From contig JAOUHV010000008.1 of NCBI GenBank assembly GCA_029884425.1, forward strand, positions 17,977-81,976: a stretch of DNA of 64,000 bases, in the 5' to 3' direction. The position numbers and the translations under genes are program-made. Source of the stretch: Gammaproteobacteria bacterium. GTDB lineage: Bacteria > Pseudomonadota > Gammaproteobacteria > S012-40. Below the pieces are notes generated by a model. The model had not been told where the DNA came from. It searched no databases and saw only the letters and a list, made by a program, of their open reading frames with translations. Below are positions 24,147 to 30,176 of this stretch, piece by piece. Numbering within the stretch: position 1 is the stretch's first letter; each line of letters begins with the position of its first letter.

Positions 24147-24175
24147 ACTGTAGTTTTTGCTGCCCTGCTTGTCAA
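24147..24175 (-). promoter_or_regulatory. putative sigma70 promoter of metZ
   Basis: Minus strand reads TTGACA, a 17-nt spacer, then TACAGT. Confidence 0.45.
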
Positions 24176-24252
24176 TCGTCCCTATTATGGAAGGCGGGGC
24201 AAACGGCTTCGATCAAAATTCCAACAATCTGAAAATAAATACTTTTTTGGCC

Positions 24253-24280
24253 TTGCAATCAAAAAGCTACATGGTACTAT
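24253..24280 (+). promoter_or_regulatory. putative sigma70 promoter of tRNA-fMet copy 1
   Basis: TTGCAA, a 16-nt spacer, then TACTAT, followed by a GC-rich discriminator (AGCGCC). It ends 14 nt before the tRNA 5' end. Confidence 0.5.
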
Positions 24281-24294
24281 AGCGCCACATTTGA

Positions 24295-24371
<77 letters not shown>

Positions 24372-24380
24372 ATACAAAAA

Positions 24381-24406
24381 GCCGACTTTTATAAGTCGGC
24401 TTTTTT
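24381..24406 (+). terminator. rho-independent terminator after tRNA-fMet copy 1
   Basis: GCCGACTT-TTAT-AAGTCGGC hairpin followed by T6. Confidence 0.8.
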
Positions 24407-24454
24407 CTTTTTCAGCCCGGCAAAATCTTTTTCAACATTCCCTTGGCGGGTTCC

Positions 24455-24482
24455 TTGCAATCTGACTTTTCCGTGATAGTAT
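24455..24482 (+). promoter_or_regulatory. putative sigma70 promoter of tRNA-fMet copy 2
   Basis: TTGCAA, a 16-nt spacer, then TAGTAT. The geometry relative to the tRNA is the same as for copy 1. Confidence 0.5.
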
Positions 24483-24495
24483 ACCGTCCATCTGA

Positions 24496-24572
<77 letters not shown>

Positions 24573-24615
24573 ACTTTAAAACTGGTCTGATGCATCAGCC
24601 ATTCGACCAGCGAGA

Positions 24616-24647
24616 TTGCCAGTGAGTTCTTTTGAATTCACTGGCAA
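24616..24647 (+). other. long perfect-ish hairpin downstream of tRNA-fMet copy 2
   Basis: TTGCCAGTGAGTTC-TTTT-GAATTCACTGGCAA: a 14-bp stem with one G-U pair and no T-tract. It could be a terminator without a U-tail or a recombination/boundary site. Confidence 0.4.
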
Positions 24648-24824
24648 ATCCTCAAAAACTTCCAAGCCAAAATATTTCAACCAATAGCAGCCAGCTAGTT
24701 TGGTCTTTTCCCTATTCTGCGCCCTGGACCACCCAAAGCGGAAAATATACACTCCCAATAGGGATCATCATGGGATGGGATCGAGAAAACTGCCTAAGCA
24801 ACTGCCAAAAACCGAGGTGCGCAA

Positions 24825-25196
24825 ATGTCATATACCATCCTTGGCCTTATTTTTGACATCGTCGGTGCGTGGCTGCTCGCCTACGAATTTTTATGGGGCT
24901 ACCACAAAAGGCAGCTAGCGAAAGTCGCTCAAATAAGACTTGAACAGCAACAATTTTATTTTGAAATGCTGAAAGCCAACATCGATAAAGTTCATTCACC
25001 ACCATTTCCGAAAGAAGATATTGAAAAAAGCAAGGCGGTAATTGATGCCAACTGGCTGCCTATGATCAAAAAAAACCAGGATATTGTGTTAGATGCAAGC
25101 GAACAGCACCAAGACAAAGCGATAATTGCAGCAGTACTGGGCATATCACTGTTAACAGCGGGCTTTTTGTTACAAATAGTTGGCGCAGCCTCGTAG
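24825..25196 (+). CDS. hypothetical membrane protein (TM helix at each end, helical charged middle) in an AT-rich islet
   Basis: 123-aa ORF with an ATG start. I did not recognise a family. Its codon usage is atypical for the window: 8 TTA/CTA/TCA codons plus several ATA/AGA/AGG. Confidence 0.5.
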   Translation: MSYTILGLIFDIVGAWLLAYEFLWGYHKRQLAKVAQIRLEQQQFYFEMLKANIDKVHSPPFPKEDIEKSKAVIDANWLPMIKKNQDIVLDASEQHQDKAIIAAVLGISLLTAGFLLQIVGAAS

Positions 25197-25460
25197 CTCC
25201 GATTAGCGCAGCGTAATCGGAGGCATGGAGGTTCATTTCATGCGTACGAATACGCTACCGCTATTCGTACCTACCGTTCTGACTTGAGCAAGAGCCGTAG
25301 GCTGCAATAACAGAAAGGCATTGCACCGTTTTTTGCGAAACATCCGGCGTAATGCGCTTTGCTTATTACACCCTACCCCCGAATTTTCGATGAACTCCAT
25401 CATTGCGATCTATCCAAACCCGCTGCTTTGGTGCGCGCGGCGCACCCTACCCTATCGAGC
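25190..25460. repeat. REP-like palindrome cluster, tandem copy 1 (271 bp)
   Basis: Direct repeat of the following unit. Contains GTAG-CTCCGATTA-GCGCAGCG-TAATCGGAG, GGCGTAAT..ATTACACC-CTAC and GGTGCGC-GCG-GCGCACC-CTAC. Confidence 0.85.
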
Positions 25461-25734
25461 CTCGTAGCTCCGATTAGCGCAGCGTAATCGGAGGCATGGA
25501 GGTTCATTTCATGCGTACGAATACGCTAACGCTATTCGCACCTACTGTTCTGACTTGAGCAAGAGCAGCCGTAGGCTGCAAGAACTGAAAGGCATTGCAC
25601 CATTTTTTGCGAAACATCCGGCGTAATGCGCTTTGCTTATTACGCCCTACCCCCGAATTTTCGATGAACTCCATCATTGCGATCAATCCAAACCCGCTGC
25701 TTTGGTGCGCGCGGCGCACCCTACCCTATCGAGC
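25461..25734. repeat. REP-like palindrome cluster, tandem copy 2 (274 bp)
   Basis: Differs from copy 1 by about eight substitutions and one 3-nt indel (by eye). It contains the same set of GTAG/CTAC-flanked hairpins. Confidence 0.85.
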
Positions 25735-25818
25735 AATTTTCCTGGTGCCCGAGATGCGGAATCCCGGCTACAATGCTGAATTCGGACGCTATGCGTTTGA
25801 TCAGAAGATGCAAGCAAT

Positions 25819-26901
25819 ATGGATAAACAAATGAACAAACAACGCGATGAATTGCATGAACTGGGCTGGAGCGATTGGTTCGAACAACAAGCCGTGTGCC
25901 AACCAACAGATACTGTCGCTCGCGTTGCGGCTGTCGACCGTGACCAGTTGTTACTCACGGATCAAAACGGAAGTTTTCGGGCAAAATTGGCTGGCCGATA
26001 CTTGCATCATCACCACCTGAGCCAGGAATTGCCGTGCGTAGGCGACTGGGTTTGTGTGGAAAAACAGCCTGAAGACGACTTTGGGATAATCCACGCGCTG
26101 CTGGAACGCCGAACATCGCTGCGCAGGAAATCAGCAGGAAACGTCATTGAGTACCAGATGATTGCAGCGAACGTGGATTACGTGCTGATCGTGCAGTCTT
26201 GTCACTTCGATTTTAATCCGAAACGCTTGGAACGCTATCTTGTCATGGTGATGGAAGGCGGCGCTGAACCGTACATTCTATTGACCAAAACTGATTTGGT
26301 GGATTCAGAGGTACTGGCCACGCAGCTGGCACAAATCAAGTCTATCGGTATCACCGCGCCGGTTGCGACATTGAGCAACATAACTGGCGACGGTCTGGAA
26401 GGCATTAAACAGTTACTGCAGCCAGGAAAAACCTATTGTTTCGTCGGCTCATCAGGCGTTGGCAAAAGCACACTGATAAATCAGTTGGTCGGCCGCGAAA
26501 AAATGGAAACAAAATCTGTCAGCGAATCAGGAGAAGGTCGACACACAACCGTTCGTCGTGAGCTGATCCGTCTTGACGGCGGCGCGCTGGTGATCGACAA
26601 CCCTGGCATGCGCGAATTCGGCATCCTCGGCTCAGAAAGCGGCCTGGCAAACAGCTATGCCGGCATTGTCGATATCGCATCCAACTGCCGCTATCAAAAC
26701 TGCAACCATACTGGCGAGCCAGGTTGCGCGGTACTCGCGGCGGTGCGTGCCGGCGAGATCAGCCAGGAATCCCTTGATAGTTTTCTTAAGCTCAAAGAAG
26801 AATCCGCATTCAACGACATGTCCTATGCCGAAAAACGCAAGAAGGATCGGGATTTTGGTCGATATATCAAGTCAGCAAAAAAAGATTTGAGAAAAGGCTG
26901 A
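25819..26901 (+). CDS. rsgA: ribosome small-subunit-dependent GTPase A
   Basis: 360-aa circularly permuted GTPase (LTKTD ... GSSGVGKSTLIN ... DNPGMREF) with a C-terminal zinc knuckle (CRYQNCNHTGEPGC). Confidence 0.9.
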   Translation: MDKQMNKQRDELHELGWSDWFEQQAVCQPTDTVARVAAVDRDQLLLTDQNGSFRAKLAGRYLHHHHLSQELPCVGDWVCVEKQPEDDFGIIHALLERRTSLRRKSAGNVIEYQMIAANVDYVLIVQSCHFDFNPKRLERYLVMVMEGGAEPYILLTKTDLVDSEVLATQLAQIKSIGITAPVATLSNITGDGLEGIKQLLQPGKTYCFVGSSGVGKSTLINQLVGREKMETKSVSESGEGRHTTVRRELIRLDGGALVIDNPGMREFGILGSESGLANSYAGIVDIASNCRYQNCNHTGEPGCAVLAAVRAGEISQESLDSFLKLKEESAFNDMSYAEKRKKDRDFGRYIKSAKKDLRKG

Positions 26902-26913
26902 TCGTCCACCCAC

Positions 26914-26942
26914 AAAAAAGCGCGGACGAAACCGCCCGCGCT
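26914..26942 (-). terminator. rho-independent terminator of the DUF2892 gene (may also stop rsgA)
   Basis: Hairpin AGCGCGG-N10-CCGCGCT. It is followed by T6 on the minus strand and lies between convergent genes. Confidence 0.65.
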
Positions 26943-26967
26943 CTATCTGCAACGTTCTGACTAAATC

Positions 26968-27171
26968 TTAGGAAAACGCGGTACCGCTACGCGCACCTAC
27001 GGCACGCAGGATTTTCGCCAGCGGGCAAAAACCGGTAAACGCTGATTGCAACAGATTAACACCTATAAACGCGGTGAAATACAGCCATTCGCTGGCATGG
27101 TAATGCGCCAACAGTAAGGTCACCAAAATCATTGCGCCCGCAAAGGCCAACACAATACGTTCGATACTCAT
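26968..27171 (-). CDS. DUF2892 (YgaP C-terminal-like) small membrane protein
   Basis: 67 aa counted from the ATG at 27171, which is preceded by GAGGAG. It has two TM helices and the conserved FTGFCP motif. The ORF-track start is 7 codons upstream and appears to be GTG. Confidence 0.7.
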   Translation of the reverse strand: MSIERIVLAFAGAMILVTLLLAHYHASEWLYFTAFIGVNLLQSAFTGFCPLAKILRAVGARSGTAFS

Positions 27172-27198
27172 AAAAAGCTCCTCATAACACACCTACAG

Positions 27199-27222
27199 AT
27201 TAGAATATCACAATATTCTAAT
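27199..27222. promoter_or_regulatory. perfect 10-4-10 inverted repeat (candidate operator)
   Basis: ATTAGAATAT-CACA-ATATTCTAAT, located in the divergent DUF2892/yciB intergenic region. Confidence 0.35.
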
Positions 27223-27292
27223 TATGTAAAATATAGCGGCCTTTACCCCTTTGTGCTTTAATGGCGACTCCATTTAATTGCCGGTACCCGTA

Positions 27293-27820
27293 ATGAAACT
27301 GCTGTTGGATTTTTTTCCTATCCTGTTGTTTTTCATAGCGTATAAGACATACGACATTTACGTCGCCACCGTGGTGGCCATCGTCGCTTCCCTGGTCCAG
27401 GTGCTGTATTCGCGCTATAGCACCGGCAAATTCGAAAAAATGCACTTGATCACGCTCGGTCTGATCGCCGTGTTTGGTGGTGCCACCCTGGTTTTGCAGG
27501 ACGAAATCTTCATCAAGTGGAAGCCAACCGTCGTCAATTGGCTGTTTGCAGCGGTATTCCTGGGTAGCCAGTTTGTGGGCAAACAAAACGTTGCGCAGCG
27601 CTTGATGGGGGCAGCACTGACCCTGCCTGATCACGTCTGGCGCCGCATCAACTGGAGCTGGGTCTACTTCTTCTTCGCGCTGGGTGTGATCAACATCTAC
27701 GTGATTTACAATTTTGACACGGATACCTGGGTAAACTTCAAACTGTTCGGCATGCTCGGATTAACGGTTGCCTTCATGATCGCTCAGGGACTTTATCTCG
27801 CACGCTACATCAAGGAATAA
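27293..27820 (+). CDS. yciB: intracellular septation protein A
   Basis: 175 aa counted from the ATG at 27293 (MKLLLDFFPILLFFIAYKTYDIYVAT), which aligns with the E. coli YciB N-terminus. Confidence 0.9.
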   Translation: MKLLLDFFPILLFFIAYKTYDIYVATVVAIVASLVQVLYSRYSTGKFEKMHLITLGLIAVFGGATLVLQDEIFIKWKPTVVNWLFAAVFLGSQFVGKQNVAQRLMGAALTLPDHVWRRINWSWVYFFFALGVINIYVIYNFDTDTWVNFKLFGMLGLTVAFMIAQGLYLARYIKE

Positions 27821-27831
27821 GCTGAGGAACC

Positions 27832-28134
27832 ATGCTTTACGCCATTATCGCTACCGATGTAAAAAACAGTCTGGAGAAACGTTTGGCCGCACGCCCAGCG
27901 CACTTGGCGCGGTTGCAACAACTGCAGGATGAAGGTCGCTTGATCATCGCCGGCCCTCATCCCAACGCCGACAATACCGATCCTGCCAGCGCGGGTTTCA
28001 GCGGCAGTCTGATCGTTGCCGAATTTGCCAGCCTGGACGCCGCAGAAACCTGGGCCAGCAACGACCCCTATCAATCCGCCGGGGTTTACGAGCAGGTAAT
28101 CGTCAAGCCGTTCCGCAAGGTATTTCCGCAATGA
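27832..28134 (+). CDS. YciI family protein
   Basis: 100-aa YciI-like fold sequence (MLYAIIATD ... RPAHLARL ... GPH). It follows yciB, matching the usual synteny. Confidence 0.85.
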   Translation: MLYAIIATDVKNSLEKRLAARPAHLARLQQLQDEGRLIIAGPHPNADNTDPASAGFSGSLIVAEFASLDAAETWASNDPYQSAGVYEQVIVKPFRKVFPQ

Positions 28135-28403
28135 CGCCACAAGAGCGAATAGATTACATTCGTCAACGCTTGAGCGATGCGTTTTCGCCCTCGCAACTGG
28201 AAATTGGTGACGACAGTCACTTGCACGCTGGCCACGCCAGTGCCAAGGGTGGCGGCCACTTTCGGGTGATGTTGGTCAGCGACGCGTTTCGCGGCAAGCC
28301 CACTATTCAGCGTCACCGCATGGTTTATGCGGCCATGGGCGAAGCAATGAATACCGAAATACATGCCTTGAGCATTCGCGCCCTGTCTTCTGATGAAATT
28401 TAA
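28131..28403 (+). CDS. bolA: BolA family transcriptional regulator
   Basis: 90 aa with a BolA-like core (DDSHLHAGH ... [24 protein letters not shown] ... IHALSI). Its start overlaps the yciI stop (ATGA). Confidence 0.85.
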   Translation: MTPQERIDYIRQRLSDAFSPSQLEIGDDSHLHAGHASAKGGGHFRVMLVSDAFRGKPTIQRHRMVYAAMGEAMNTEIHALSIRALSSDEI

Positions 28404-28419
28404 TAATTATTTTGAGCCG

Positions 28420-29214
28420 ATGAAAAAAAATCTCTGGTTACTTTGCCTTTCAGTTTGTCTGGCCTCCACAGCCTCCGCCCAAGACGCTGAGGAAAAAGTC
28501 ATTGCCTCGGTCAACGGCACCAAATTCACCGAAGTGGATTTTCAGGCCTACACCAAATCCCGCCTGGGCGTGTCCCCCGGTGCGAGCCTGCCAATGGACA
28601 AACGCAGTCAATACATGGAAGAAATGATCAATCGTGAACTGATTTATCAGGCCGCGTTGAACGAAGGATTCGACCAGACAGACGCGGTGCAAACTCTTAT
28701 CTATGAGCAAATCCGCAACATCATTACCACGCAGCGCATTGAAAAACTGCTGGCGGAAACGCCGGTCACCGAAGAAGAAATGCGCAAGTTGTACGAGCAA
28801 CAACTGGCCGACAGTGCCAATCGTGAATATCACGCCCGCCACATTTTGCTGAAAAGCGAAGAAGATGCGAACAAGATCATCGCCATCCTGGATAAGGGCA
28901 CTGATTTCGTCAAACTGGCAAATGAAACGTCCTCTGGCTCTACTCCCGATGGCGGAGACCTGGGCTGGTTCACACCCGATCAAATGGTACAGCCGTTTTC
29001 AGAAGCTGTAGAAGCGCTCAAACCGGGTGAATACACCAAAAAAGCCGTGCAAACCCGTTTCGGCTGGCATGTTATCAAGTTAGAAGAAAGCAGAGATGTT
29101 GCTCCCCCAAGCTATCACAGCCTGCAGAGCAAATTGGCAAAAATGATTCAGAACCAGACGATCGAAGATTACATCAACAAGCTGCGTGAAGACGCGATTA
29201 TCGACGAAAACTAG
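28420..29214 (+). CDS. periplasmic PpiC-type (parvulin) peptidyl-prolyl isomerase
   Basis: Has a signal peptide (MKKNLWLLCLSVCLASTASA) and a parvulin domain (GGDLGWFTPDQMVQPF ... FGWHVIKLE). The ORF-track start at 28393 lies 9 codons upstream. Confidence 0.88.
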   Translation: MKKNLWLLCLSVCLASTASAQDAEEKVIASVNGTKFTEVDFQAYTKSRLGVSPGASLPMDKRSQYMEEMINRELIYQAALNEGFDQTDAVQTLIYEQIRNIITTQRIEKLLAETPVTEEEMRKLYEQQLADSANREYHARHILLKSEEDANKIIAILDKGTDFVKLANETSSGSTPDGGDLGWFTPDQMVQPFSEAVEALKPGEYTKKAVQTRFGWHVIKLEESRDVAPPSYHSLQSKLAKMIQNQTIEDYINKLREDAIIDEN

Positions 29215-29243
29215 ATCGGTGAAGCCAAAAAACTCGAATTGAC

Positions 29244-29261
29244 GGTCTATGCAGACCTTTT
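29244..29261. terminator. weak bidirectional terminator between the PPIase gene and sORF B
   Basis: GGTCT-ATGC-AGACC hairpin followed by T4 on the plus strand, with an A-run upstream. Confidence 0.35.
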
Positions 29262-29362
29262 GATTCGATCCCGTAACCGACCCCTCGGCAACGATATCGA
29301 TTTGAAACAGCGGGGCGCCCTCCAGTGTTGCCTCAGCAACACGCCCTGCTGCTAGCCATTCA

Positions 29363-29485
29363 TTAAAACTTGCCAGACAAGTCTATGATGGCATTCAGGA
29401 TGGTGGGTGCCAAATACAACATTGGCAGAGCAAACAAGAACACGAAAAACGCCATGTAGCCTTTTACATCATCAGAAAGCACCAT
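29363..29485 (-). CDS. small hydrophobic peptide, paralog B (40 aa; 43 aa if the ATG at 29494 is used)
   Basis: MVLSDDVKGYMAFFVFLFALPMLYLAPTILNAIIDLSGKF, with a GGGAG SD 9 nt upstream. It aligns along its full length with sORF A. The 91-aa ORF-track call adds an N-terminal extension that the paralog does not support. Confidence 0.55.
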   Translation of the reverse strand: MVLSDDVKGYMAFFVFLFALPMLYLAPTILNAIIDLSGKF

Positions 29486-29770
29486 ACCGGTCATCTCCCA
29501 CATACATGTTTTAAAAAAGCGCTGGCAACAGCACCAGCCGCCCCACATCGCCGCATAACCATACGGCGCGTAGAAGTATATTTTCAAAGGGAAATAAGCG
29601 CCAATTAAATAACTTGATCGAGGGAATAAAAAATTCATCTGTATTTTCTGAGGGTTTTAATTTGTTTTTTCAGCCTCAGAACGCAAAACAGCCGCATTTA
29701 GCGGCTGTTTGTTCGGGGAGAACTGTGAGCGCAAGGTTCCTAGCCTCGCGGCAGAGTCCTCAACGCCGGA

Positions 29771-29896
29771 CTAGAAACGACCTGACAGGTCGACCAATGC
29801 GTTAAGAAGTGCTGGCGCCAAGTACATAGCAGGTAGCGCAAACATAAACGCGGCAAATGCCAAATAGCCCTTTACATCATCAGACACGGAAGTCAT
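29771..29896 (-). CDS. small hydrophobic peptide, paralog A (41 aa)
   Basis: MTSVSDDVKGYLAFAAFMFALPAMYLAPALLNALVDLSGRF, translated by hand because it is below the ORF-track length cutoff. It has a strong SD (GAGAGGAGAAAGTT-ATG) and an in-frame TGA 12 nt upstream of the ATG. Confidence 0.55.
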   Translation of the reverse strand: MTSVSDDVKGYLAFAAFMFALPAMYLAPALLNALVDLSGRF

Positions 29897-30176
29897 AACT
29901 TTCTCCTCTCACATCACACAGGAACTACGGCTAGCAATAATTTACCTTTACTATCAACAACTTACTTAGATCCAGATAGTAATTTCATTGTAGTCCCTCA
30001 ATTGCAGGATAGCTAATACAATTTTTTAATAACCTTTCATTTTTTATTACTTAAATATATGAGGTTAATAAATCACCGCCTGCCCAACACAACAATCAGG
30101 TATAATGCCGACCTCCACCACTATGGGCGCCACGGCTCCATCAGTTGCCGGTGTACCTCACAATCTAGGTCTTCTT

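Noticed and set aside
25241-25288. 15-codon mini-ORF (MRTNTLPLFVPTVLT) preceded by GGAGG inside each REP-like unit. The second copy starts at 25512.
   Set aside because: It is embedded in palindromic DNA, and the differences between copies include non-synonymous changes. There is no supporting evidence, so chance is the likelier explanation.
25190-25734. Considered whether the tandem repeat could be a CRISPR array or a degenerate tRNA/att duplication. The segment ATCCAAACCCGCTGC in each unit loosely resembles the tRNA-fMet 3' end TCAAATCCAGCCCCCGCT.
   Set aside because: There are only two long (271 bp) contiguous units with no short repeat-spacer periodicity, so it is not a CRISPR. The resemblance to the tRNA 3' end is about 70% over roughly 20 nt with gaps and has no integrase nearby, which is too weak to call an att site.
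29486-29638. N-terminal 48-51 codons of the 91-aa ORF-track call (MNFLFPRSSYLIGAYFPLKIYFYAPYGYAAMWGGWCCCQRFFKTCMWE...).
   Set aside because: The upstream paralog (sORF A) has an in-frame stop 12 nt before its ATG, so homology covers only the last 40-43 residues. An SD precedes the internal ATG. The extension most likely reflects an open non-coding leader or promoter region.
30101-30106. Perfect TATAAT hexamer 71 nt upstream of the preferred deaD ATG, as a candidate promoter.
   Set aside because: No acceptable -35 element lies at 16-18 nt (the sequence there is GCCTGC). The whole 29900-30100 region is very AT-rich, so -10-like hexamers are expected by chance. I left it unannotated.
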